Shown here in pieces: positions 15,501 through 31,537 of a stretch of 64,000 nucleotides of DNA. The DNA comes from the human T2T-CHM13v2.0 reference genome, Homo sapiens. How positions within the stretch are numbered: the stretch's first letter is position 1; each line of letters begins with the position of its first letter. Location: NCBI RefSeq assembly GCF_009914755.1, contig NC_060928.1. One strand, written 5' to 3'. Made by a program: the position numbers and the translations under genes. The notes under the pieces were generated by a model. The model searched no databases, was not told the DNA's origin, and saw only the letters and a program-made list of their open reading frames with translations.

Positions 15501-18500
15501 TGATCTTTTGTATGCTTTTTTTGCATCTCAATTTTATTCAGTTTAGCTCTTCTGCTAGGTTTGGGGTTGGTTTGCTCTTCCCCCCCCCGCCACCCCAATT
15601 TCCTAGGTGTGATGTTAGGTTGTTAATTGGAGATCTTTCTAACTTTTTGATCTGCGGTTTTAGTGCTTTAAGCTTTTCTCTTAACACTGATTTAGCTGTA
15701 TCTCAGAGATTCTGGTATGTTGTTTCATTGTTTTCATTAGTTTCAAAGAATTTCTTGACTTCTGCCTTAATTTTATTGTTTACTCAAAAGTCATTCAGGA
15801 GCAGATTGTTTAATTTCCATGTAATCATATAGTTTTTTGAGATCTTGGTATTGGTTTCTATTTTTATTGCACTGTGGTCTGAGAGTATAGTTGGCATGAT
15901 TTTGTTTTTATTGAATTTGTTGAGAATTGCTTCATAGCTGAGCATGTGCTCAGTTTTAGAGTATCTCCCATGTGTAGATGAAAAGAATGTATATTCTGTT
16001 GTTTTGGATGGAGTGTTCTGTAGATGTCTGTTAGGATCATTTAGTCAATTGTTGAGTTAGGTCCCAATTATCTTTGTTAGTTTTCTGACTCAGTGATCTA
16101 TCTAATACTATTAGTGGGGTATTGATGTCTTCCACTATTATTGTGTGGTTTTCTAACTCTCTTTGTATGTCTCTAAGAGCTTGTTTTATGAATCTGGGTA
16201 CTCCAGTGTTGAGTGCATATATATTTAAGATAGTTAAGTCTTCTTGTTGAATTGAATGATTCATTATTATGTAATGCCCTTTTGTCCTTTTTAATCACCA
16301 TAGGTTTAAATAATGATTTAAAATCAAAAAGAGCAGGGGTTGCTATTGGTTTAAAGTTTGAACAGTCTTTTCTTGATAGACCTTTCTTCACCTATTTGCT
16401 TGAGCCTATGAGTGTTATTGCATGTGTGATGGGTCTCTTGAAGACCCACTGGGTTTTTCTTCTTTATCCAACTTTCCACTCTTTGTTTTTTGCGTGGGAC
16501 ATTTAGACTGTTTATACTCAAAGTGAATATTGATATGTGTGGATTTGATCCTATCCTTGTATTGCTGGCTGGTTGTTATGTAGACTTCATTGTGTAGTTG
16601 CTTTGTAGTGTCAGTGGTCTATGTACTGAAGTGTGTTTTTGTGGAGGTCAGGAACAGCCTTTTGTTTTCATGTTTAGCACTCCCTCAAGGACCTCTTGTA
16701 CAGCAGGTCTAATGGTAACAAATTTCCCTAGCATTTGCTTGCCTAAAGAGGATTTCATTTCTCCTTTGCTTATGAAGCTTAGTTTGGCTGGACATGAAAT
16801 TCTTGGTTGAAACTTCTTTTATTTAAGGATTCTTAATATAGGCCCCAAACCCTTCTGGCTTGTAGGTTTTCTGTTGAAAAGTCTAATATTAGCCTGATGG
16901 GTTTCCCCTGTGGTGACCTGCCCCTTTTCTGTAGTTGCCATCAATATTTTTTCTTGCATGTTGGCCTTGGAGAATCTGATGGCTGTGTGTCTTGAGGATG
17001 GTTGTCTTCTGTAGTATCTCACAAGTGCTCTCTGAATTTGAATGTTGACCTCTCTAGTGAGGTTAGGGAAATTTCATGGACAATATCCTCAAATATGTTT
17101 TGTAAATTGTTTGCTCTCTTTCACTTTCTTTCAGGGATGCCAATGAGTTGCAGATTTGGTTTATTTATGTAATCCCATATTTCTCTGAGGTTTTAATTGT
17201 TTAAAATTCTTTTTTTTTTTGTCTGACTTGATTCAAAGCATCGGTCTTTGAACTCTGAGATCCTTTCCTCAGCTTGGTCAATCCTGCTGATAATACTTCT
17301 AATTGTATTATGAAATTCTTGTAGTGAGTTTTTCAGCTCTATCAGCTCAGTTTGGTTATTTCTTGAAATGGCTATTTTGTACTTCAGCTCTTGAATCATT
17401 TTACTGGATTCCTTAGATTCCTTGGATTGGGTTTTAAATTTCTCCTCAACTCAATGTTCTTCATTGCCACCCAGATTCTGAATTCTATGTCTGTCATTTC
17501 AACCACTTTAGTCTGGTTAAGAACCATTGCTTGGGAGATAGTGCAGTCATTTGGAGGTAAGAAGATAAGCTGGCTTTTAGAGTTGCTGGAGTTCTTGTGC
17601 TAGTTCTTTCTCATCTGTGTGGGCTGATGTTCCTTTAACTATGTTGTAATTTGAGTATAATTAGTTGATTTTGTTTCTGGATGTTTTCAGAGGGCCATGG
17701 CTTTGTGCAGGGGATTTGTGGCTGAATTCCTGCCCTTGCTTTTACATAGCAGCATATATTAGTAAAGTACTTTTTTATGTTGTAGTTTGGGCTGCAATCC
17801 AATAGTTGGTGTTTATTCGTATTGGCTGGTATATAGGCTCTTTCTCAGCTGCACGACTCCTGTGTACTCCCTCACATTTGCAACTACGTTCCATCTCAGT
17901 GCTCTGAAAGTGTGGGTTCCTCTTCCACTCAGGTGTTTGCCACAGACCTCAGCTTGGGACTGAATAAAAAGTTCAGGCTTTTTATTCTCTCTCCAGCTTG
18001 GGGGCAGCAAGTGTGGAAACCTTGGGAATGTCAATGGCAGAGGCCATGTCACTTGTCTCCGGAAGCTCCACCACAGTGAAATGCAGAGCCACTGGCAACT
18101 GGAACACTCAGTTGGGGATGGGGTGGCTGCATTGTAGGCCCAAACTGGTGGTAGCGGGGGAGGGTGCTGCCTGGTAAAGTGCAAGGGGTATGAGGGGCTT
18201 GCAGGGAAGATAGTCTGGCCTCTTCTCCATAGGGCAGCTATGGTGTGCTGGAGGTTCAAGTAAAGCATTCAGGCTCTTTGATCTTTCCCCAGCCTGGTGG
18301 CAGCAAGGGTGGGTAGCACTACAGTGGCCTTGTCAGTAGCACAGGGGCTATCAGTTGCTTCTGGGAAATCCACCTCAGAGCGACACAGAGCCACTGCCAA
18401 AGGGAATGTTCAGTTGGGGGCTCAAGCTGGAGGCTTCATCTGCTGAAAAGCAGGGGGTTGGGGGCTCTCAGGGAAGAGATTGACTTCCTCTCTGTAGGGT

Positions 18501-19538
18501 AGCTGTGGCATGCTGAAGGTGCAAGCAAAGCGATCAGGGTCTTTATTTCCTTCCTAGCCTGAGGGAAATAAGGGTGTACCATTGCAGAGGCAAAGGGAAG
18601 AAAGCCTTTTGGTTATCTCTGGGAATACCACCCCAGAGATGCAGAGCCACCACTGACTAAAGAGAACAGATGGATGTAGGGCAGCTGTGCTGGGGATCCA
18701 GGTTGGGAGGCTCTGCCCAGTGAGAAGCCAAAGGAGCAGGTACCCATATAGAAGACAGTCTGGCTGCTTTTCTACCGCCTGCTAGAGACTCATTATAGCT
18801 TTGGGGCTCTCTGCACCCTCCCCAGCATGAGGGTAGTAGTGGTCGGCCTGTGGCAGCAGCAATTGCAGTGGGCCCATGGGTCACTTCTGGGAGCTGTCCC
18901 AGAGAAATGAAAAGCCATGACTGACAGGAGTGCTAAAATAGGGGTGGTATGGCTGTGCTGTAGTCCCAGGCCTGTGGGCTTTGCCTGGTTGAGGTGCAGC
19001 ACAGGTGAAGCCTGCAGTGCCTCCACAAGTTGCCACCATGGATGCGGCCCCTGTCATGAGGGCCATGAAAGAGCCTGGCCTCCCTTGTTGATGGGCCTAT
19101 AGCAGCTAGGACCAGGGTACTCAGGGATCCAAGGCCCTTTGGGCTCCACATGGGCCCTGAGCTGTGGCTATGCCCAGACTCCAAGTAGCTCCCTGTGTCT
19201 GTCTGGAGGCCTCCGGGCTGGCAGGGGATGGTCAGTGGGGATTGTCTGTGCCCAGGATTGTAAAGGTCTGTGGCAGGAGTGTAGGTCCCTGGAGGCTCTT
19301 GCTCACTCACCCCTTCCCCATGTTGGGGAGCCTTCCTTGGCTTCTTTCCAAACCCAGGTGGGCAGCTGTCTTGCCTTGCTCCTGTCTGCTCTCTGTGGGT
19401 CACTGTTGCTTCCTTGATAAAACCCAACATGGAGCACTGGAAAATCCACATTAGAGCTATTGTTTACTTGCCATTCTGTCTCCTCTCTGTGAGAGTGGTA
19501 CACACTAGTTCCTCCTAGTCAGCCATCTTGGACCCTCC
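12560..19538 (-). mobile_element. Near full-length older LINE-1 (L1PA13-16-like), about 7 kb with a long 5' UTR
   Basis: 3' end CAACTTTTATTTTAGGTTCAG; minus-strand ORF2 and ORF1 peptides ([14 protein letters not shown]; SRIDQAEERISEFKD); YY1 motif AGCCATCTTG at 19521-19530. Confidence 0.92.
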
Positions 19539-20980
19539 ATTTCTCTTTTTTAATGGCCATTTATCTTTTCTACAGTGTTAAACTATTTTTCTAAGGGATT
19601 AGGATATGCTACATAATTAGAACCATTTTATGATGAGAAATATTTATTTTGTTGGAAACTATGTGAGTTTAGGTAATTAAATAGAAATTTAAAAGAAATA
19701 TTCTGTTTAAATTAATAGATTCTTGAATACTGAAAAATCATTTTATTCCATTATTTCTAATCAGGATTAGAGTGGAATCTTTTTTTTTTTTTTTTTACAT
19801 GAATCAAAAGTATAAACTTGGTATAACATTTGTAGTTCTACTGGACCTAATTTAAATTACACAGAAAACAGTATTACAAAATAGAAGTCCCTTCATTGTT
19901 TTAATAATGGAATCTAAGCATAAGGAAAAAAATTTTATATGAAAAAGTTTATATTAAAAATTTATGTGAAAACCACACATGGTTACCCAAATGTGATATT
20001 TGGGTATATAACAGAATATTATGAACAACTTAAATGTAATTTGAAAAAAATGGCAATTATCACATTTGGGTAACCACAGGAAGAGATTTAACTCATCGGA
20101 AATTTAGCCAAAACACTTCCATTTAAAAGAATCCGAATGTTAATGAAATATTCACTTTACAAGGAAAAAAACCCAGTTTATTTGGAATTATTTTTGATTT
20201 ATGTTCTCAATAAAAATTAGGGACTATGAACCTCTAAATGGTACAGCAGGATATACCATGAGCCTTTAGAGCAAGGATTATGCTATTATCTCTGGGATAA
20301 TCACAGAAAAAATTAAAAATAAATAAATAAAATTAACAGCATAATAAGTAAATAATGATTGATTAAGGCAAAAATAGAGGAAAGAATAACTCAAAACTGG
20401 TAAATTAAAGACTGTAGTAAGAGGCTAAATAGAACTCTATATGTGTCAGTAATTACATTCGAAGCAAATTGACTACTCTTTGTAGTCCTCAAAGATTGTC
20501 AGATTAGAATAAACAAGACAAAATCCAACTTCATGGTGCTTTGAAAAGTTACTCTTTAAATATAAGAATATACAAGGTTGAATATAAAAGTAATACAACA
20601 CACGAGCAAATATCAACAAAAATAAAGCTGATAAAGCTGTAATAATAGTAGACAAAATAGACTATGGGAAAACAGGGACATTTTGTAATGAAAAAGGATC
20701 AACTGAAGATACCATAATCCTAAATCTGAATCACATAAAACATACCTTAAAACCATATATAGCAAAATTTGACAGAACTAAAAGAGGAATAGACAAATCA
20801 GCAGACACCTAGACTTTAATATATCTCACTCATTAGTTAACTGCCCAAGTAGGAAAAAATATCAGAAAGAATATACAATATATAAACAAAAATATTTGAA
20901 ACTTGACCTAATGGACTTATGAAGAATATTGCATCCAATAACAATATAATTCATACATTTTTTCAAGTACACATGTGACA

Positions 20981-21338
20981 TATATTAGTCAATATTCATG
21001 CTGCTTATAAAGACATACCTAAGACTGGGCAGTTTGCAAAAGAAAGAGGTTTAATATGGATTTACTGTTTCACATGGCTGGAGAAGCCTCACAATAATGG
21101 CAGAAGGCAAGGAGGGGCAAGTCACATCTTACATGGATGGCAGCAGGCAAAGAAAAAAGAGTTTGTGCAGGGAAACTCCCCCTTATGATACCATCATATC
21201 TAATGAGACCCACCCACCACCAAGAGAACACCATGGGAAAGACTGGCCCCCACATCCAGTTACCTCCCATTGGGTCCCTCCCACAACATATAGGAATTCA
21301 AGATGAGATTTGGGTGGGGACAGAGCCAAACCATATCA
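20981..21338 (-). mobile_element. THE1 (B-like) MaLR solo LTR
   Basis: AAAGACATACCTAAGACTGGG...GATGAGATTTGGGTGGGGACAGAGCCAAACCATATCA. Confidence 0.93.
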
Positions 21339-22068
21339 CAACGTTTATGAAACACACTATGTTCTTGAGGAAGAAAAAGAAAAGCAATTCAAACTTGGAA
21401 AAGCGAAGACATTATACAAAATTACAGCAGAAATTAATAAAATAGAAAACAAGTATTCAAAAGGGAAAATGAATAAAGTCAAAAGTTGGACCAAGGAAAA
21501 CTAATACAATTGATGAAGATCTAACTAAGCAATATTGTTCAAGGTATAAGTAGAGAACAAAACATTACCAATATCAAGAATGTAGATTCTACAAATAGCT
21601 AAAATATAACAGGAGAATATTATGAACAACTTCATATGAATAAATTTAATTTGAAAAAAATGGCACAAAAATACAACTCACCAATATTGGCTGAAAGAGA
21701 AGTAAAAAATATTAATATTAGTCTTCTAACAAAAATAATTCAAACTATTATTATACCTTTCTACAATTAAAACCTCAGGCTTTTATGGTTTTGCCTATGA
21801 ACTCTTCCAACATTTTAGGAACAAAAATAGATAAATCTTAAACAAATCTTCTAGAGAAGAAAAAAAGAGAGAACCATCTCTTATTCCTTTTAAGAGTCTA
21901 GTTTACCTTAATTCTAAAATTTGGAAGGCTCTTACAAGAAAGGAATATTGCAGAACAGCCTCTCTTCTAAACATAAGATGCTAAAAATGTAAGTAAACTC
22001 TCAGCATATTGAATTAATTGGTTTATAAAAAAGGAAAATATGTCATGAATCAGTGAGATATATCCAGG

Positions 22069-22455
22069 TTGTAACAAAGAGTCTGACTCTATTTTCTGAT
22101 GTTTAACTCTTCATAGATTTTAGGCTTCACTCCTCCCTCTCTCCCCTTTGCCTCACATAGGGACAAGCTAATAAGAAAACCAGGGCTTTTTTTCTTCTTT
22201 GATGCTGATATAAAATTCAAACCATGAGTGGAACTTTCATCCTAGACCCATCCCCTAATCACCATAACAATTTCAAGCCAATCTCCTTACCTGGATTTCT
22301 CAAGCCATTTTAAGACCTGTTTGGTAGCCACTCTGCTTGCCCCAGAAAGTCTCATGTGAATGATAATTCTTCTCATCATTTCTTGGTGTGTAGGTCTTGA
22401 CACCTGAACCAGACTTTGTGGGGAGATCCATCATACCTCTAAAGAGTAGCTACAA
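22069..22455 (+). mobile_element. ERV1-class solo LTR (family not assigned)
   Basis: TGTAAC..GAGTCTGACTCTATTTT start, ..GCTACA end, composition shift, and L1 sequence resumes on both sides. Confidence 0.65.
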
Positions 22456-23700
22456 TATGTGAGATACATAAGGTTAGTCCAACATTTGAAAAAAATCAGT
22501 CAATCTCAAGCACCACATAAATACAATCAAGAGATTATTGACGGAAGCAGCAAAAGAATTTAGCAAACCTCTAACACCAGTTATGATTTCTAAAAAATAA
22601 ACCAAAAAGTGTTGAGTAAACTTGAGTAAGAAGAGAACTCCTCGATGTGATAAGAAATATCTACCAAAATTCGCAGCAATTATTATACCAATTTATAAAT
22701 ATTTAAAATAGTCCCCCTGAGTCTGAAAAAGTGAAAAAGACAAAGATATCTACTATAACAACTTATATTCATCAGTACATTGGAAATTCTAGCTGGTAAA
22801 TTAAGTCAAGAAAAATAGTATAAATGAACCATCAACATTGGTGAATAAAATGTTAAATTGTCATTATTTGGAGATATTGTGAGCCTACAAAATCTATGAG
22901 TATTTACTAGAAATAATTATTAGAGCTAATGAGCAAACTTAACATTTTGACTTGCACACAATACAAAATATAACTAATTTTACCTTCTGTACTTGTTAAG
23001 AAATAAAAATGGAAACTAAAATAAAAATACTTAAATGGCACAAAAATATCAAATACCTAGGAATAAATATATCACAAGTTTCACAAGACATTTCCACTTG
23101 AATCTTCTAAACATTATGAAGAAAAAATTTTGAAACTGAAATGGAGAGATATACCATGTTCATGAGTTAAAAGACAATGTTATAATGATGACAATTGTCC
23201 TCTAAATTAATTTACATTTTGAAAACAATCCCAGTGAAAATATCAGCTTCTCGTATGGCAGAAATTGACAAAACAGTTCTAAAATTTATATAGAAATGCA
23301 AGTTGCCAAGAACAACAAAGGCTATACTGAGGAAAAAACATGGAAGATTTAACAATACCAGATGTGATGACAGTCCAGTGGTATTGGGACAAGGATAGAA
23401 AAACTCAGCAATGGAACAGAATAGTTAAGAAACAGAAGCACACAAGACCAGAACCTCAATACTGTGAGAAAAAGCATAGTTTGATATTTTTACTTTGTGT
23501 TGCTTGTGCAATTGACTATTCACTTTTTAAAAAATGTATTTTCATCCCTACCTGAGACTGTTCACAAAAAAATTAATTCTAGTTGATTTGAAGACAAAAA
23601 TAAAAGGTAAAACTATGTAATTTTCAGAGGTAAGCATAGGAGAACATTTTTATGGTATGGGAGTGGGTAATTTTTTTTTTTTTTTTTTTTTAAAGAACAC

Positions 23701-24034
<334 letters not shown>

Positions 24035-25743
24035 TTACAAAAAATTATAGATTGAATTTTATTAATTTCAGAATTTCTGTTAATAAACAGACATTGGTAA
24101 GAAAGTGAAAAGTAAGCCCACAGCATAGGAGAAGATATTTACAATACATATATCTAACAAAATATTTGGATCTAGAATACTAAATAAACTCTTAAATAAA
24201 TAAAAAAATAAACACAGATTACCAAATAGAAAAAATGGGCCAAATATTTCAGAAAGATACTTTATGAAATGATATCCAAATGATGGCAAACATGAAAAAA
24301 TGTTCACCACTGTTTATCAGAAAATGCAAATTAAAATCACACTGAGATAGCACTTCCCACCTGCCAGAATTGCTAAAGTGAAAAGGCTTGAAAATGTAAA
24401 GTGTTTGTGAGCATGAGGAACAATCAATACTATCACACATTGTTGGTGGGAAGGTAATTTAGTATACATTTTTCAGAAACCGGCTGTTGCAGGTGTAACA
24501 TGCACATTTCCTATAATGCAACAATTCCATTCTTTGTATGTCATGCAAAATGCAAGCAAAAAATCACAAATAGACATGTATTAGAATCTTCATAGAAGCA
24601 CTATGTCTAATAGCTGAAAACTACCCAAGTACCTATCAAGAGTAGAATGAATAAATTCTCATATAGTCACAGGATAAAATACTGTATAGCAACTTAACAT
24701 TGTTAAATTGTTAACAGTGTTGTTAACAGTGTTGCAACAATGATAAATGCTCTAACACTGATGCAACAGTAAACATGTATCTCAAAAATATGATGTTGAG
24801 CAGAAGCTAGACACATAATAACACATATAGCATATTTCCAATTACATAAACTACACAAAGAACCAACATTAAGAAATGCCCTTTAGGATCAAGATAGTGG
24901 ATATCCTTAAGCAGAAAGTGGGGAAGCATTTCTAATAATGAAAGAAAACATGTAAGGAACTTATTGGGTGCTTTTGATCTCAACTATTCCTTAATCTGGG
25001 AGATAGTACACGGATGAACTACATTTGTGGAAATTCATTGTGTTGTATGTACACTGTCTAAATGTACATTATGCTTCAATTAAAAATGTTAAAAATTAGA
25101 TTTTGTTACTTCAGGAACAAGTAGAAAATGTACTTTAATACTATAATATTTATTAGATGCATTTTAAAAAGTAAATTACCTGTGAATAAATCTAACAAAA
25201 CATGTTTAAATTCTTTATTTAAAAATTATAAAACTTTATTGAAAGATACCAAAAAATGTCTTGCTGAAAAGAAAAATTTAGTATTATAAAATCGTATTTC
25301 TAAGTCTTCCACATCTCCAATGCAATTCCCAATGCAGTCGAAATCCCAATAGTTTGGACTGTGCATTGGTACAACTCAACAAACTGATTTTAAAATTTGA
25401 ATTTGAATCAAGTTTCAAAAATAACCAAGATATAAACCTAGAAATAGAATGTAAAGTAAGTAACTCCATCAGAAAGCAAAATCTCTTGTACAGTTTTGAT
25501 AATTAAGGTGAAATGCTATTAGTGAAAAAAGAAATAATTAGACCAATAGAATACAAATACAGAGTATTGAAGCAAACCAATATTTGTATGTGAAAAAATT
25601 CATTTATTCAGAACAGATATTGCAGAGTAGAGGGAAGGGATGAACTACCCAATAAAATGTGCTAACAATGGTTATCATTGTAGGCAAAATAACATTTGAT
25701 TTTCATCTCATATTATTTTAAGGAATCAATTTTAAATGAATTC

Positions 25744-28452
<2,709 letters not shown>

Positions 28453-31389
28453 TATAATAGTAAAGCAAAAAAAAACTTTAATTATTTTTTGAAAAGACTT
28501 TATCCTAATTTTGACCTTTGAATAAAGAAGAAGTTCTGGTGGAAAATGTCATAAAGCAAATAATAAGGAAACATATTGATTATTTTAAAAGAATTAACTA
28601 AATCCATTATAATTAAGTTACATTAAAGAATATTTTTTCACGATACAGTAACATAAAGAGAATGAAAACAAATTGTATGCTGGAGAGAAAATATGCTACA
28701 CATTTAGTTGACAACTGTGTCATATCTAAAATAAAGAACTCATATAAATAAAAAACTGACAATTTAATAACTTGAAACTAGCAAGTTATAAAGACATCTT
28801 TCACATAATAGGATATGCAAAGAGCCCAGGAACATGAAAAGATGCTCAACTTCATTATCATATGGGTAAATACAAATTAAAACAAAAAAATCCATTTTAT
28901 TAAGATCAATAAACATTAGCAGGATTTTACAGAATAAAAATAAATACTTGAGAATCCATACTTGGGACAATGTCTATGTCCCGAAATTAAGAAAAATTAA
29001 GAAATCAGCTAAAGTCAAGTACTGACAAAGACGTGGATCAACAGAAACTTCAGGTGGTCGTATAAGTGATACTTTGGAAATTGTATCACACTACCTATTA
29101 AAGTTCAACATGTATTTATCAAATGTTCCCACAATTCTACTCTTTTATATATGCTGAAAACACTAAAGATAGACATTTACAATACTGTTGTACTATTGTA
29201 GACAGATCAGCACTGTTTGTGATAGCAAAATCCTGGAGTCCACTCAAACTTTGAATGCCAGTATAAGTAAATAAGTTGTTGTATATTTAAACACTGGAAT
29301 TATTATACCTCAGTAAAATTTTTTTTAAAAGCAAGAACTAAAGTTATATGCACCAATGTGGATAAACCTCAAAAACAAGCTTGACAGAAAAGAGGTAGCT
29401 GCAAAATAATTCATGTTTCCACTTTTTAGAATTCAAAAATGGCAAAACTATGCAACAAATTATTTACAGATGCAAGCATGTTTGATACAATTATTTTTAA
29501 AAACAAGGAGGTAAATGACACAAACTTCAGAATTGCTTTGACAATTTTGAAAAATATGATTCTAGATTAGTCATATTTTGATTCAAGTATATGTAATGAA
29601 TAAAGACAATATAGCTATATAAGGACCCATGAATCTTGTCTCTATACACTTCTTATTAGGGAGTGATTAGAAGTAGTGGTGTATACCAAGAGAAAGACCT
29701 CATGTCCAACAATGGGTGGAATTAACACAGGAGAATGGTTAAGAGAAGTCTTAGAAGACTGGAAGTTTGGTAAATTTCTAAAATAACCAAGGCAGTTTTA
29801 GCTTGGGGAGGGATGCTGTAAGAAAATGAGAGTTAGTACACGATAAAATGAGAAATAATTTGTTGGTGATTATTGTGGGTGATTTGGTGATGTTTACCAA
29901 CAGAGAAAAAGAGTGAGAGAGTGAGAAAGAGGAGACAAAAGAGACGGGATAAGGGAGAGAGGGAGAGAAAGCCAGATACGTGAAAAAGAGGGAATTATTA
30001 ATTTAAGGAAAACAAAAGATTTTACAATTAAAAATATTATAGTAGAATATGTTGCTCTATATAGTGTATATATTCAATAGAATATGGTGATGCTGAAATA
30101 AACAATGATTATTTAACAAATTACTAGTTAATAATTCGGGAGGATGGAGCAAGGCAGTTTGAGGAGAGTGCTATATCTTTATCTAGCATAACAGGAGTCA
30201 TTAGACAAATACCCAAATTGATAATCACTAAATAACAATGTAAGTATATTATTTAGAAACATAGAAATGACTACCAGAAGAAACACTTAAAATTATTTCC
30301 TCTGGAGAATATGTCTGAAAGAAGAGAAGGGTTTAGTGACCACACTCTTTACTATAAGGTTTTTGATACATTAGAAAAGTGACTTTCTGCACTTATTTTT
30401 GATACATTTTTAAAAATTAACTGAAAACATAGACATTGTCCCAATTATGGATTCTCAAGTGTTTATTTTTGTTCTGTAAAAACCTTATGATCTTGATTGA
30501 TCTATTTGGTAAATAAGTGGTGTCTATCTTCAAAAATTTCCACAGTCACACAGGTAAGGATTTTTAAAAAACTTTTGCTTTGCAATGGGCCGCCAGTTTA
30601 GAAAGCACTATACTATCAAAGGCTCATGTCAACATTAAATACTCCATGTAGCTGAAGTCAGTGGATGGTAGAACCCCAGAGATCTTTCTGAATAAGAAAT
30701 CTAAGTTTGAATGTTCAGTATCTATCAGAAAAGAGCTACATCTCCAAAATTCTTCCACTCTGGTCTCCTTTACTGAAGTTTCACTTTTCCATACAATCTT
30801 TCCATACAATCTTGGTAGCTTGATGGTTTAAAAGCCTTAAATGGTTACATTTACTGTTGTTTCTGGTTGTCGTCAAGGTTACAGAAACAGCAACTACTGC
30901 AGGCAATTAAACTGACTTCATAACCTGCCTTAGCTACAAGACTGAAGTTCCAATTTTCCAGTTGTACTTGGATCTGAAATTTGGCTTCACATGAGTTCAG
31001 TCTGTCCCGGGACAAAGTAAAGCCAAGTTTACATTGTCTACTAAATACTCCAACGGTTGACACTATTTTTTCAAACATCAAACACATTTTATGGACTCGA
31101 ACATAATAGTATAGTGATAAAACTGTAGGATATTTAAAAGTTTTTTTATTTTTCTTTTCTCTTATTCTGAAGTATTTCCTCTAACGTTACACTTTTCTTA
31201 TTTATTTTTCCACTGCTATCTCTTATTCAATAAAAAAAGGAAAGATCTCTTAAGCCCTGGAAAGAAAAAGTCAAAGATAAGAACTAATCAACCTCTAGTA
31301 ATTCTTTCCATTAGTTTTGTTACTCTCTTTTAAGTTTCTCACTGAGTCTCTGCAGCTTTAATGTCAGAGGTCCTTTGGCCATGTAGAAG

Positions 31390-31537
31390 GAACCGCAGTT
31401 TCTTAACCACAGACGTCCTAAATGCAAAGTAGATAGTTCTGAAGTTGACGTAAAGAACTACAGCTACTAGAAGACGGTATTACCACTTCCTATCCTACGA
31501 ATTACACGCTACTTCTGGTTTTGTCTTGGAGGTAATT
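31390..31537 (+). promoter_or_regulatory. Candidate small promoter / first exon
   Basis: 6 CpGs in about 120 bp of non-repeat DNA; TGACGTAA, ZNF143-like and ETS-like motifs; GAG|GTAATT donor. Confidence 0.35.

Noticed and set aside
17813-19503. Cluster of 60-172 aa ORFs in GC-richer DNA
   Set aside because: They lie in the L1 5' UTR; GC content explains the open frames
30624-31087. Two minus-strand ORFs (61 and 78 aa) in unique DNA, with a 14-bp tandem duplication TTTCCATACAATCT
   Set aside because: No recognisable domain or convincing splice context; lengths expected by chance
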